Shown: positions 1 through 13,836, counted from the stretch's first letter. The stretch: DNA of 64,000 nucleotides from Lama guanicoe (GCA_013239625.1 MU054338.1:4750724-4814723); one strand, 5' to 3'. Notes: generated by a model not told the origin, from the sequence alone. Translations and numbers: made by a program.

Positions 1-430
1 CTAGTAGCAAATTAAATTAGCTAACAACAGAAGCAGAGCACGCAACCCAGCGACCCTCTGAGCCAAAACGTGCCCACGCACATGTACTCGGGGCCGAGTG
101 TTAACCGCTGAGCAGCTGCCTCCTCTCCCACAGGCCGGGCAGCTTCGGGGCGGGCGGCCGCGGGGAAGGAAGCTGTCCCTGTCGACGCAGAACTGGAACA
201 ATCCACAAAGCTTATCAAGGGAGGGACTGGGGACAAGAGGCAACAAACACATCTGCCAAACAGGGCTCTGGAGGGGATCCCGGGCTGCGAGGCAGGACGG
301 GACCCCGGCCGGCTCCCAGTCCTGTATCCTGGCCAGTTCCACACCTGGCAACCACGGGGAACTTTCCCAAGGCACAGACTCGGGCCGGGAAGGATCCAGG
401 ACTGTCAGTTCCATGGCTGTGGCCCTAGAG

Positions 431-609
431 CACAGCTTCTCAACATTCTCGGGGTGGGGGTGGGGGGGCGTCCCGGGCACTGTAGGGCGTGGAGCAGCCT
501 CCCTGGCCCCACCCACTCAAGGCCAAGAGCAGACCCTCCCCCTCGCCCAGTTGTGACAACCACAGATGTCCCCAGATGTGCCAGAATCACCCTCGGGTGA
601 GAACCACTG
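431..609 (-). mobile_element. MER20 (hAT-Charlie), degenerate
   Basis: cccagttgtgacaaccacagatgtccccaga...gagaaccactg terminus. Confidence 0.7.
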
Positions 610-3600
610 CCTTCACACATGATCCGTGGCAAAGACGGAGGGAAATCCTCAAAGCGGATGGGGCTGAATTGGCTGAGCTCGTCTGTCTGTCCACCCAGCC
701 CTGAGTACCAGCTTCGGAGTCACCAGCACTCCTCCCCCAGGCTTCTCTGCAGTCACACCACAGTTTCCAGTCGTCCCCACAGCCTAAGTCTTGCGATGCC
801 AGCTCGGCTCCCACCTTACCCACGTGCATGGAAGCCACGGCACCATCCACCTGTCCGAATTTTGCAGCGAGCTGGCCACGTGCAAGGCCATGGGTGTCCT
901 CTTACCACTGCCCTCCTGATGCTCCAGCCTCACAGGCAGGCAGAGGCAGAGAGAAGTTTCTCCTTCCTTTTTAAGGCTGAATAATATTCCATTGTATGGC
1001 TGGACCACACTATGTTTATCCAGTCATCTGTCGATGGTGCCCCTTGGGTTTTAAAGCCCAGCTTTGCACTGACATCTCGCACACGTGTGCACAGGCAGTG
1101 GGCAGCTAGTGGGTTTCCCACCGCATGCAGGTACAGAACACAGCCCTGCCTTCCCACCCTCTGGCTGTGTGTGCCTCAGTCAAGTCTGTCTGGGAGAGAC
1201 GAGAAACCCCAACCCATTTCGCAAAATGGCCTCGGGAAATGGGACGAAACAAGACATGTGAAATTGTTCGGAAACGTCCAACAAACACGGACCTCAAAGC
1301 GCCTGCTTCCTTTGTCTTGCACAGAGCCCTTCTGACTGCCTTTTTGTTCGGAAGCCTTCCCCCGGGGTCTGGGTTGTTAGTGGTGGCCTTTTTCTTCGTG
1401 AGTCATTTGTACAGCCCATGCACTGGGCTAAGGATTATCCGACCGTAAAGGTGGGCGGATGATTCGCAACCTTTGCTTCTGAAACCATCCTCTCCAAGCT
1501 GCTCCTTGTCTTGATGAATGAAGAAGCCGTAAAGGAGAATTCACCCATTCACCCCGAGCATCCCCGGTGAGAGGCGCAAAAGGAAAATGGAAGCTTAATA
1601 ATAGTCCCCTGCACGCTCCATCGAGGGCGGGTTCTTGCAGGGCCCTCTAATGCTTTGAGGCATCCTCAATATCTGTTCCAAGCCTCACATTTTAAACGGA
1701 GCTGGATGCGCAGGAGAAAACCTACGAGCTCAAATAGGACCCAGAGTAAAGAGACAGAATTCTCTGAGTCTGAGAAGTCATCCTAGAAGAGAGCCATGTA
1801 AATACAGGTTTTTGGAGGAAACAATGGCTGATGCGCAGGACAGAGGCACTTGAACTTCCTGAGACCCAGGCAGGTGGGCTATTAACAAGTCCTCTTCAGG
1901 ACGGCTACCAGGGGAAAGTCTTTTCTTTTTGTCATTAAACTACAAACTCATCCAAAGAGGGAAATTCAGTCTATAAAGCGAACCAGAAACATTTCTCCCC
2001 GGAGGGAGCAGTGACCTCCTGCCTCCCAGCCCCTGAATTCATTTCTTCCAATGCCCTTTCCTTTACGTCCGGGCAGTGCCTGAGAAAGCAGGCCTGGGTC
2101 ATATTTCCACCTGTGCCCTCCCTCCATAAATGTTTCCTGGACAAATAAACCAATGGATTGGAAGCAGCAGAAACCTCAAGACGGTGGGTCGCCCAACCGC
2201 CTGACCGGAGGAAACCAGTCGTTAGCACTCAAGTTAAAAGTTAAAAACCTCCCCAAGGTCACGGAGCCAGGTCTCTAACCTGGCCTGAGGTCTTTGTTCC
2301 TCTCTGCCGGGCTTACCCAGGTTAGAAATGCACCCCCCACCCCGACTTTCTCTGCAGGTGGGCAAACGGTGGGGGGACTGAAACCTACCACCGCTAGAGA
2401 TTTTCAAACGCCGTCTCATGAAATCCACTCAACAAACATCTGCAGTGGATGTGACTATTATCCCAATTTTGTAGAAAAGGAAACAGAGACATTAAGTCAG
2501 TCCTGAGGTCACACAGCAAAGAAGTGGCGGAACCTAGATTTGAGCCCAGGACGAGGGCCCCTGTCCACGCAGGTTAACGTGAGCACCGGCCAGCCTGAGC
2601 ACGCCCAGGCTTCTCCTGGAATGTCAGGAGCTTCCAACCAAGACCCAAGGGGCCCCGTTCCACTTTGCTGTGTCTCAAAAGACAGAGAAAGACTCTCAGG
2701 CGGGATGCTTTGCAGGAACAGTCAGTGAGCAACGGGACAAAACCCGAGCCTCCTTTGCCAAGGAGGCTCCCCCTTCTGTTTCCCCATCTTCCTTCTAAGA
2801 CATGTTCACACCAGGAGGCACAGCTCCTTCGGGAATTTGGATGAAAAGTGAAACAATTTCTTGGGGCACACAGCCTCGTTTGAGGGGAAAGTGGTGAGGA
2901 AGAAAACACAGCTGTGTGCCCAGCACACGGCAAGCACAACAGTCAGGGGGACGGCCAGAGCTCTTCTGCACAATGGGGAGAGGCTGCATCAGAGTCCAGG
3001 CGGGTTAAGGCTGGAGGACGCGCGGAGCGCACACCCTCGGTAGAGCAGCAGGGCAGCTGAGCGGCGCTGGGGAGGAGGGAGGTTCTTGACCAGCCCCTGA
3101 CCCCGCTTGACCCTTTGGGCTGCAGCCACACTCAGATCCCTGGCCTCTGATGACCTTGAGCTGTCTTGGCCCTGAATCCTAACCTCAACCTATTTCCTAT
3201 TTACTCTGCTAAGACCTGACACTTAACACAGGCGGCTTCCCTCACTGATGGTGATTCTGCTCACTCCTTGCTCTTGAGGGGAGACAGCTCTGTCCTCGAG
3301 GAGGGCCAGGCTGGAGGAGTCAGGCTTTGTTGGCAGAGGCTGCAAGGGGGCCCACCTGCTCCAGGGACAAGGGTGCCGGCTCCCACGCAGGGCACGGAGG
3401 GAAGTCGACAGACAAGAGCGACTAAAGCCCCCGGTTGCCAGGTGCCAGATGCTTTGCTTTGCTTCACTCATCTAAGCACTAAATACCTCATTTAATTCTC
3501 ACCCAAACCAAGAAATGGAACAGACTAGAGAAAGAAGTCAAGCACAATGCTACAAGGAGGTGTTTGGGATGACCGGAGTTCGGGGTGAGGCAAAGAGAAT

Positions 3601-3649
3601 CCAACGCATCTCCAGGCTCCAGTGTAAGAGTCTGCCGCTGAGTGAGACC

Positions 3650-3763
3650 TAGGATGACCACCTGTTCTGGTTTCCCAGGGACTGACTGGTTTCCCAAGAA
3701 GCAGAGCTCTTAGTACTAAAACTAAGACAATTCTAGGCAAACCAGGACAAGTCAGTCACCCTA
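3650..3763. mobile_element. MER94-like hAT MITE
   Basis: Terminal inverted repeats taggatgac / gtcacccta; internal ggcaaaccaggac. Confidence 0.6.
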
Positions 3764-5674
3764 GTGACCTAATTCTGGTTTCTAGGTATTGGCCTCTGGT
3801 CAGTTTAAGGAGGAGCAGGAGTCCAAAGTCATTACAGGATGCATGGCTTCTTCACCAAACTCCTATTCACCCTTCAAAACCCAGTGCAAAAGTCCCCTTC
3901 CTCTACAAGGCAGAGTACAGCAGGAAAAGCTGAGGATCTGGAGCCAGATTCTAGATTCAAATCCCAGGCACATGGAAAGATCATCATGAGGGCCATGTAC
4001 CTGGTAGATGGATGGTGCTTAATAAATACTGGCTTGTGGATGTTCCCAGGTGCTCCGGAGTCCCTAATCTGCTGTATCTACCTGTCCTTGTCCTTCATTA
4101 GACCCAGAGTTCCCATCTTCCCTTCCCTGAACAACTCAAACAGACTAGCACACAATTAAAAAAAAGATAAAATCCTGTCACATGTGCAAACCAGTTAATG
4201 CAAATCTCCATTTCAGTCTTTCTCCATCGCCCTCGAGCCCTGACACCAAGCAGGGCTGTTTTTCACTTGGCTTTTCCTCTCCCAGTGATTTCACAAGAGC
4301 CCACAGAGAGGCGTGCAGCGAGGTAAACAAGAGAAGCTCTGAAAAACCATTCACGGGCAGCTCAAAGGTGTCGGGCAGCGCAGGGGTGCAGCCGAGTCTT
4401 CAGCCGTGGGGACAAGGAGCCTCCGTGAAGCCGAGGAGACTTGCCGACGGCCCCACTCTGGGCGACCAAGCCACATCTGGACCAGAGGAGCCAGAATGCA
4501 CAAAGAAAGACACTGTCATGGCCAGAGGACGGAGGTCTCAGGCAGCACCCTGCGAGGGGCAGAGAGACGTGCCGTCCCGGGGAGACTCACTGTGGTTAAA
4601 TAGAGCTGCAAGTGTTTTGATGAAGCTCGTGTTTGAAAGCGGAGATGGTCCAGGCTGGCCAACAGTGGGTGGGCTTTTGAGCAAACAAACCAGGCACTTT
4701 TTCACAGAGACATGCGCACGGTGCAGAAGACTCTAAGCTCTGTTACACGTCTAGGTGACACTTATCTCTCAGCTGGCTGGCTGAGAAAAGCCTGCAGCCA
4801 AACTACATCAGAGATGGGGGGAAAGGAGGAGAAACGGCAAGGTTAGGGGGCAGGAGTGGGGGTGGGGAGGTCACAGCTGACAGAGGAGACAGAAGAGGAC
4901 AGCGGAAGGAGAAGTCAGCACCATCAAGACAGCAGGGGAAAGGGGAGCCCGTGTCCGCGTGCTGCCTGCGCTCAGGGACACCTGTGGGCCCAGCCCTGCC
5001 CCAGCGGTTAGCCATTTATTCCTCCCAACAACCTTAGGCACCGCTTCTCCATCTTACAGATGAGAAAACAGAGGCCCAGAGAGGTGCCGTCACTGCCCAT
5101 GGTCCCACAGCTGGTGAGTGGTCCAGCCACAGTCACACAATCCGTGTTGCCCTGAGCCAGCTGCTGTCGTGGGTGTAAGATGAGTCCTTTCGATTCCACC
5201 CTACTGTGTGTGAGGCACTCACGGGGAAATGCTAGAAGTCCCTTTGCCTGACTCTTCCTCCAGATCCAGAAACTCCTCGAGTTCCCAGCACCCACCCTGA
5301 ACCAAACGACCCGGACCTGCCCCCTGGGCTCTCCCGGTCTACAGCGTCAGTGACCGGGTGGCGAGCGGACGGCTTCCAAGAGCGCAGGCACCTACCTGCC
5401 TGTTCCGCTCCCTGCTGCTGCGCCCCCGCCTCCCAGCGCGGCACGGGGAAACGCGTAAACCCACTGGCCTTGGCCTGCAACAGCATTTCCTCAGATTCCT
5501 CGGTCTCCCAAGGGTGGAGATGTGGTTTTTGTCAGCAGGTGGCATCGTGATGCCAAACCACTGATTCTACACACACGTGGCTGACAACTGGCTCCTGGTT
5601 TCCATTTTGCCGTGAAAAGCAGCAGAAAACACCTGCAGAGGGCCCTCCCCGCCCCAGATTCCATCATCCTTGTC

Positions 5675-6190
5675 CAGTGGTCCTCAAACAGGGCGAGCCT
5701 GCCCTCCAAAGGGACGCTGGTGATGTCTGGAGATATTTGTGGTTGTTACAACTGGGGGGAGGGTTTTTTTTTTAAAATACAACATAACAACTTTATCTAA
5801 CAAAAGTAACAAGTAAAGTCAAACAGGCACTCATACTAAGAGAAAGACTGACCAGAAGAAATTTTATCTTAAACACCTTACAGTAACCTACTTGCAGATG
5901 CATTTAACTGAGCTCTGCTGCTGTGAAGAATAGAACTCTTGCACAGGGAAGGATGAACAATTTGTACATTTTTCAGCATTCACTGAATACTACCTTATAT
6001 ACACATGTACATTAAATTTGAAAAAGGTTTCATTGATGCTCCCCAAAGAAACTTCATTTTGTATATGCTCCTGGCATCAGAGAATGGGGTCCAGAGATGC
6101 TTCTGAACACCTCACAGTGCACAGGACGGTCTCCATCATGAAGGACTATCCCACCTTGACTATCCTAAGTGCCGAGGTAGAGAAATCCTG
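5675..6190 (+). mobile_element. MER20 split by retrocopy insertion
   Basis: 5' half cagtggtcctcaa...gatgtctggagatatttgtggttgttacaactggg; 3' half tgctcctggcatc...gccgaggtagagaaatcctg. Confidence 0.78.
5764..6065 (-). pseudogene. 5'-truncated processed retrocopy of an mRNA 3' UTR (resembles HNRNPA3 3' end, from memory), inserted into a MER20
   Basis: T10 at 5764-5773 (poly-A on minus strand), preceded on minus by GATAAA (5792-5797). The ~300-bp AT-rich insert interrupts an otherwise contiguous MER20. Confidence 0.6.
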
Positions 6191-8071
6191 TCCCCGAGTG
6201 AGAAGACCCCGTCTCAATGGTACCACAGCCAAGATCTCATCATTTCCAACACCAAAACAAGCTGAGGGGGAGAAATGTCTTTCAAACAGCTGGCTGCAAA
6301 ACTTTTTTTTAAAAAAATGCCTGAGAGAGGAAATAAATCCTAGAAACCAGCCCAATTTTACCCCTACTCCAAACAGGTTTCCAAATTTCGAAAACACTGA
6401 TTAAAAAAAAATCCCCTAAATCTGATGTGATCCACACACACCCCGCACCCCCTGCTGCTCTTGAGCAATTCCACTTGGACACTGAAAAAATATGCCAGAG
6501 GAGACTTATTACGCTGATTTCCTTCAGTAAACAGTTCAGATCTTACCTTGGAAACCCATGAAACAAGGAGAGCCAGCCACGGGGCCAGGCAGAACCCTTT
6601 CCTCTCAACGCTAAGCATCAGACATTCCGTGACTTTTGCGCTTGAGGTGGTAAACACAGATGTTTCTAGACATGGCATGAGTTTGCTCTGCAGCATCTGT
6701 ATTTTTCTTTTTATTTTTAAGAGGCTTGAGTGTGAAAGATGAGACGACCAGGAAACAAGCAATGGAGAAGATTAGAAAGTGATTGTAATCACCGTTGGCC
6801 GCTAGACAGCCCCTCAGGGACGAGGCGAGCTGCGTGTTCAATAACCGTTTCAGAATCGGGCGAAAACTTGCATTCTTGTCTAAGGGGCACTTGTGTTTCC
6901 AAAAGCGTATTAGAGCTGCGTATCGATTCCAGCCAGCTCAGAACAGTTCCTGACGCCGGTCTCCCCTTTCACCAAGAGGACCGGCAGTTCTTGCACATTC
7001 TCTCGCACGTTGCACAACAATCTCTCCACGGAGCCACACAGGGCTATGGATGAGAAAAGCAGCCGCCTCCATGAAAACCACAACAGAAGCCTAATCGCTT
7101 TGGTTTCGTTCAGTTTTTTTTCCTGAAAACCAACATGGATCGCCAACACTTAACGTAACATTCTGAAAGGTGTCTTTCCTGTTTCTTAACATACCTGGAA
7201 CAAGGTAGTCTGAGATCTGTACCTTCACACGAAGATCCTATTTCAACCCAGGAATTAGGGTGGCATCACCTAGAAAAACTGCTGGCACACTGGACCAGAC
7301 TGTCCCAAACCCGGGGCCTCTCTCAGGGCACAGGAAACAGCCCTGAAGGGCCCCAGTAGGTCCTGCTCACAACGGCAGCTTTTCTCTGGCCACCACCATG
7401 CAGGGCAGTCCTGAAACCTATCCTCACATTACAGAGGACATGGGGCTGCAAGATTTCCCAGGCCTGGAGCCCACCAGACGCCCTCCAACCCCCACCATAG
7501 AAAGCTGCTCCGGAATGGATGTGGCTTCTCAGCAGGAGGCGACAAAGCAACACTCCGCTCTGCTCACGAACTGGGGTGGGGGGGTTTAAAAGCTGTTTTC
7601 ACAGCTTAACAGCTTAACGCATTAAATCTGCTGTCCTTAAAAGTGGACAAATGCCATTTGTACCTCTTGGATATATGAGACAGTCAAGAGTTCATGATTG
7701 CATCCCATTGACTAAGCGAGGCTAAAAACAGGAAGGTCAAGAGCCTTAACAATTATATAATTATCCTCCGCAGTGAAACAATCGCAGCATTCCACCCCAG
7801 TCAGAAGCGAGCCTGGGCTGAGCACGGCTGACTCTGCCATTTAACACGGTTCTGAAAGCTCCCGCTCTGCCACGGCTAAGAGCAATGACGGCATAATCGC
7901 TGGTAAAAGGCGGCAGATCATCGTCACCGGCACGTGCTGGGATTACGGAAAATTGAAGGGAACCAACTCCCCGGCTTTTAGAATTAGTGAGTGCTTAATA
8001 AAGTAGCAGAGAGCAGAGAATACACAATCCCTGTCCCATATTCTGAAAAATTGCCACTTTGAATGCTTTTT

Positions 8072-8507
8072 TTTTTTGAGGTGTAGTTGATTTACAATGT
8101 TGCGTTAGTTTCAGATGTACAGCAAAGTGATTCAGTTACATATATACACATAGATTCTTTTTCAGACTCTTTTCCATTACAGGCTATTACAAGATATTGA
8201 ACATAGTTCCCCGTGCTCTACAGTAGTTCCTTCTTGTTTATCTGTTTTATATATAGTAGTGTGTGTCTGTCCATCCCAAACACCCAATTTATCCACGCCC
8301 CCACTTCCCCTTTGGTAATCATAAGTTTGTTTTACATGCCTGCGAGTCTGTTTCTGTTCTGTAAATATGTTCATTTGTATCTTTTTTTTTTTTAGAGTCC
8401 ACACAGGTGATATCATACAATATTTGTCTTTCTCTGCCTGACTTGTTTCACTTAGTATGAAAATCTCTAGGTCTATCCATGTTGCTGCAAATGGCATTGT
8501 TTCATTC
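8072..8507 (-). mobile_element. 5'-truncated L1 3' end with TSD
   Basis: L1 3' motifs (catgttgctgcaaatggcatt, gtttcacttagtatga), poly-T, TSD aatgcttttt at 8062 and 8508. Confidence 0.85.
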
Positions 8508-8534
8508 AATGCTTTTTAAAAATCTCTCTCACAT

Positions 8535-8690
8535 TAGATAGATAATAGATTAGATAGGTAGGTAGGTAGGTATGTAGGTAGATAGACAGACAGATAGATA
8601 AAGAGGTAGGTAGATGGACGGCTAGATGAAAGAATGGATGGGTAATGGTGGATGAGTAGCTGGGTAGACAGACAGATGGATGGATAGAAA
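8535..8690. repeat. Compound (GATA)/(GGTA)/(GGAT) tetranucleotide repeat
   Basis: Directly visible imperfect tandem units. Confidence 0.85.
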
Positions 8691-8887
8691 GCCAGCCAAC
8701 CTACAAAAAATGCTCGTAAGAATTAGATTCTGCCTGAAGAAAAATCATAAATCATTTCTAAGACTAGAAAAGAACCCTTGGGAAGACAGACAGGTACAAG
8801 AAAATATTGTCCAGATGTCACTTCTCTCCAAATCAACCTACAGCCTTGACATCCCACAATAAAACTCTCAAAGGGCCTCTGGGTCTG

Positions 8888-8888
<1 letters not shown>

Positions 8889-8923
<35 letters not shown>
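8889..8923. repeat. Poly-T (35 nt)
   Basis: Directly visible. Confidence 0.95.
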
Positions 8924-9391
8924 CTCCTTTTTCTTTCTTGGAACTGGGTTACATTTTCTACATTTTGAGAAGAATAAACAAAGTGAGGGTGCATTTCAAA
9001 AATGGGAAGGAAGAATGACCTGGAAGCTACCTATAGGATCCTTTTACGATCATTTTTATTGTGATGTGAAGGCCAAAGAGGAACGGGAAGATTGATGGTT
9101 TAGAGTATGTGGCTCTAAAAGCAGATTTCTGCTCTGGAAGTACACTGCCCCTAAAAAGCAAATAAATAAATAGAACCAATGTGACCCGCTTGCCTGCCCA
9201 TGAGAAGGACCATTGCTGTACAAATTTGATCGTCACAGTCTCAGTCTGTGCCACGGTGTAGTAAACTCCAGATGTTTCACACACACGGTACAAGCAGAAC
9301 TTCTCAGAATGGAAGCAATGGTAGAATCACAAATCTGAGGGCTGGCAGGAGCCCAGGTCCAAACTTAGGAGACTCAAGAGATGGGGTGGGA

Positions 9392-9504
9392 GGGGCAGGT
9401 AGGGTAGAGCTCAGTGGTAGAGAATGTGCTTAGCATGCCCAGAACCTGAGTTCAATCCCCGGTACCTCCATTTAAAAAAAAGAAAAAGAAAAAGGACAAA
9501 AAAA
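9392..9504 (+). mobile_element. tRNA-derived SINE (vic-1-like, camelid)
   Basis: gagctcagtggtag (A box), gttcaatcccc (B box), A-rich tail. Confidence 0.75.
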
Positions 9505-9639
9505 GGCAGAGAGGAGTGTAAACTCCAGGCCCCGGCCACATGAACCCTATTGCGGCTTCCAACCCACTTCTTTTCAGAGACGGAGCCTGGGTCGGCTTGC
9601 TAAGCCTGCTCCTTCAAAGCGCCCCAGAAGGAGCAGCTA

Positions 9640-9999
9640 GGACGTTAGAAATTTGTCCTCCTCAAAGCTCTGGAGGCCAGAAGTCCGAAGTCAAGGTGTC
9701 GGCAGGGTTGGTTCCCTTTGAGGAAAGGACCTGTTCTGACCTCTGTTGGTCCCTTAGAGATGACCGCCTTCCCTCTGTCTCTTGTCGCATCACCTTCCTG
9801 TGCATGTTTGTTTCTGTGCCCAAATTTCCTCTTCTCATCAGGACACCAGTCACATTGGATTGGAGCCACCCTGGTGACCTCACTTTGACTTGACTGCCTC
9901 TCTAATGAACCTATTTCCAAATAAGGTCACATTCTGATGTCCTAGGGGCTGGGACGCCAACATTTCTTCCTTGTGGGGCACACGATCCAACCCATAACA
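9640..9999 (-). mobile_element. MLT1 (MaLR) solo LTR
   Basis: tctggaggccagaagtccgaagtcaaggtgtcggcaggg...tttccaaataaggtcacattctga...caacccataaca. Confidence 0.82.
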
Positions 10000-10384
10000 G
10001 AGCCCACTGGGGTGGCTGGGGTCCCAAGATGTGGCCCACGCCACTTCTGGACCACAGCAAGCCCACCGGCAACGGAACCCAAGCACCTGCCTCTCCAGTC
10101 TCCGCTCTCCTGTCTGACAGCGCCCCCGCCCCCGGCCCCGGGCACACTTAATGCCCACTTCTTTCCCCCGATGGGCCCAAAGTCCTCACGCCTCCGTCCA
10201 CTGAGCGACACTGCTCCTTGCCACACTGCAGCCACCAAGCAAATACTGGAGCCACCAAAGATGAAAAGGGCACACAGCCCTCCAAGTGAGACAAGACGCT
10301 TCCTAGCCTGCCAGGGGCTTCGCAGTACCTGGAATAACATCCCAGCTTTCCCCCGTGGCCCATGGCTTTTTTTTTTTCTTTCTT

Positions 10385-11090
10385 CCTCTTTTAGTTTATT
10401 TTTTAAATTGTGACTTAAAATATAAATAATATAACATTTACTATCTTTACCCATTTTAAGCACACAGTCTGGTGGCATGAAGTACGTGTACGATGTCATA
10501 CAAACATCACCATGTCCATCTCCAGAACCTTCTCATCTTTCCAAACTGAAATCTGCCCCCATCAAATAGTAACTCCCCATTCTCCCCTCCCCAAAGCCCC
10601 TGGCCCCTACCATTCTACTTTCTGTCTCTATGAATGTGACAATTCAAGGAACCTCCTACAAGTGGAATCACACAGTATTTGTGTCCTTTATTGCAATGGA
10701 GTCCTCAAACTTCATCCACGTTGTAGTCTGTGTCCCAGTTTCCTTCCTTTTCAAGGCTGGATAATATTCCACCATGAGGATACGTCACACATCTCCTAAC
10801 TATTCATCCATCGATGGGCATCTGTGCTGCCTCCACCGTTTGGCAATTGTGAACAATGCTGCTGTGAACACGAGTGTCCAGTCATCTCTCCGAGTCTCTG
10901 CTGCCCAGTGTTTTGGGTGTATGTTCAGAAGTGAAACTGCTGGATCATCTGGTAAATCTACGTTTAATTTTTCTGAGGAACCACCGTACTGTTTTCCACA
11001 ATGGCTGCACCAGGCAACCCACCAACAGCGCACAAGGGCTCCAGTTTCTCCATGTCCTCACCCACATTTGTTATTTCCTATGTTTTTTGA
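10385..11090 (-). mobile_element. L1MB-type 3' fragment
   Basis: Typical motifs ccatctccagaac, attgtgaacaatgctgctgtgaac, gaggaaccaccgtactgttttcc. Confidence 0.8.
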
Positions 11091-12570
11091 TAGGAGCCTT
11101 CCTGGCGGGGGGTGGACTGCAGTGGTATCCCACCGGCCTGCAGCTTACCGACAACATCTACCATTTCTCCGATGGAATGTCAACCTCAAAAGGGCAAGAA
11201 CTCTTACCTTTGTTGTTCTCAGCCACCCCCTCAGAGCCTAAAACAGCAACTCCCTTAGTAGGTGGATTGAAGGTGAAGGCCAACTAAGAAGCAGCTTGGG
11301 CTGGGAAGACGGATTCGAAGGACACTTAGAAGTCAAAGACGGTTTTCAATACTGATTAGGAAGAGGAAGGTTCTGGACCAGAAGATCTGGGTCAGGCTAC
11401 CTGGGGTGCGGAGGGAGCTGGAAGCAGCTGGGTCCCCCTGAGTGTGGTCCTGATCTTTCTCTGAGCCTCAGTTTCTTCCTCTGTAAATTGGGGATGATAA
11501 TGGTGTCCACCTCATTGGATCACCAAAGAGCTGCTGCGATAAGCTGCCCAAAGGGTCTGGCACAGTGCTCCCCATCAGTGTCAGCTCACAACCTCCCCTA
11601 GGAGAGATGAAGTCAAGCTGCTCCTCACACTGCGAGGCCCTCCAGCATGCCCAGGAACCCCGGAGGTCTGCGCAGAAGAGAAACCATCTAGGGAATGTGT
11701 TTTCAACGAAGCATATGCCAAAGGAACACGTGTCTACAGCCGGGGATATGGCCTTTAAAAGCCTCCAGCTTCCCCGCCTGGCTCGGGCACTCACGGCCTT
11801 GGCTGGCCCGAGCCCTCGGGCGGCCTCCGGAGCCGGAGCCAGGAGCCGCGAGCCGCGCCACCAGCCTGCTGAATTGCAGAAACTCAGAATTGCCCACTTA
11901 ATCTGCACAGCTTGCTCCGAGGAAACAGAAAAAAAAAATCTCCGTGGAACATTCTGGCCGTTCAGCAAAGAGGAAAATAAAAGTTCCTGATCCTGAACTT
12001 TCTGTGCGAGTTCAGATGCTTCACGTTGTCCGGATAAAGTTCAAAGTCATCGGGTGCCCGGGTGTCTATCTGCCACCCAGCAACCTGCCAAATGTCCTTC
12101 CCGCTCCGACCACCACCAAATTCTGGGTCTTCCAATCCTAATGGTTCATGGCAGTGAATTTCATCGACTACAGCCTGCCAACAACTCTCAGACTTTTCCC
12201 AACAAGACTTTCCTGAGGCCACGTCTCATACACTTTTTTTTTTTTTTGCATGAGAGGTACGAGAGGTCTGAGTGACAAGGAATTAATTGGAAAGGGATAC
12301 GAGAAGACTCCTGGGGAGATGGCAGCTTGTTTGCGGCAGTGGTTACACGAGTGTATATGCTTGTTAAAACTCACTGAACACTGGAGTCTGGTGCATTTTA
12401 TTGTATGTGAAGTGTCGCAACTATTTAAACTAACTAAAAGGAATTACACAACAGCAACATTATGAATACAATGTATAGTTAAAATATATTATAATAGTAA
12501 CAATGTAACTACAATGTCTATCATTCCTGTAATATCTTATCTGATCCTCACAGCCCTTGATATATTTCCA

Positions 12571-13079
12571 CAGCAGTCGCCCCTTGGGTCTACGTCCCAA
12601 GACCCCCAGTGGATGCCTGAAACCAAGGACACTATGGAACCCTGAATATACATACTATATTTTTCCTATACACACACACCTATGATAATGTTTAATCCAT
12701 TAATTAGGCACGTAAGCACATCCAGATTGCCAGCACCCCTACTCCTGTGCTTTGGAGCCATTATTAAGTAAAATAAGGGTTACTGGAACACGAGCCCCCC
12801 AATACCACACCAGTCGGTCTGATAACTGAGATGGCTACTGGGTGACTCTCGAACGGGTCATGTATACAGGATGGGTACTCTGGGAAAAGGGATGATTTAT
12901 GTCGTGGGTGGGACAGAGCAGGACAGCACAAGGTTCATCACACAGCTCAGCACGACACTCAATTTTAAATGTATGAATTGTTTACTTCTGGAAATTTCCA
13001 TTTACTGTTTTCCGACCCCAGTTGACCACATGATTAACTGAAACCATGGGTCGTGAAATGGCAGATAAGGGGTCTGGTG
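12571..13079 (+). mobile_element. MER44B-like Tigger element nested in a MIR
   Basis: ccaagacccccagtggatgcctgaaacc...gaattgtttacttctggaaatttccattt; MIR sequence on both sides. Confidence 0.72.
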
Positions 13080-13129
13080 TGTTCCCATTTTACAGATGAG
13101 GAAACTGAGGTACCATGGAGAATTCCAAA

Positions 13130-13836
13130 TCACGAGGATGTGGAGAAAAGGGAGCCCTCCTACAACTGCTGGTGGGAACGTAAACTGGTGCAGCCACTGT
13201 GGAAAATAGAACAGAGGTTTCTCAAAAAGACTAAAAATAGAACTATCATGTGATCCAGCAATTCCACCCCTGGGCATTTATCTGAAAAAAAAAAATGAAA
13301 ACACTAATTCAAAAAGATACATACACCCCAATGTTCATAGCAGCATTATTGCAAAAGCCAAGACATGGAAGCAACGTAAGTGTCCATCAATAGATGAACG
13401 GATAAAGATGTGACATAGATATAGATAGAGAGAGAGAGATATGTCTCAAATGGAATATTACTCAGCCATAAAAAATGAAATGTTGCCACTGCAACGACAT
13501 GGATGGACTTGGAGGGTACTGTGCTTAGTGAAATAAGCCAGACAGAGAAAGACAAATACTGTATGCTATCACTTACATGTGGAATCTAAAAAGTAAAACA
13601 AACTGTTAAATGTTATAAAAAAGAAAACAGACTCACAGATATAGAGAACAATCTAACGGTCACCAACGAGGAGAGAGAAGAGGCAGGGACAGGATAGGAA
13701 TAGGGCACTAAGAGGTACCGACTACTACGTATAAAGAGACGTTACAAATACAGCCAGTAGTTTATGATAACTCTAAATGGAGTATAAGCTTTAAAACCTG
13801 TGACTCACTGTTGTACACCTGAAACTTATATAATAT
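13130..13836 (+). mobile_element. L1 3' fragment (ORF2 end + 3' UTR)
   Basis: gaggatgtggagaaaagggag...gatccagcaattccac...atggatggacttggagg...tgtggaatctaaaa. Confidence 0.85.

Noticed and set aside
1..556. Overlapping 107-171 aa ORFs at the window start, and the many other short intronic ORFs
   Set aside because: GC-rich intron and repeat-derived sequence, with no splice-supported exon or recognisable protein.
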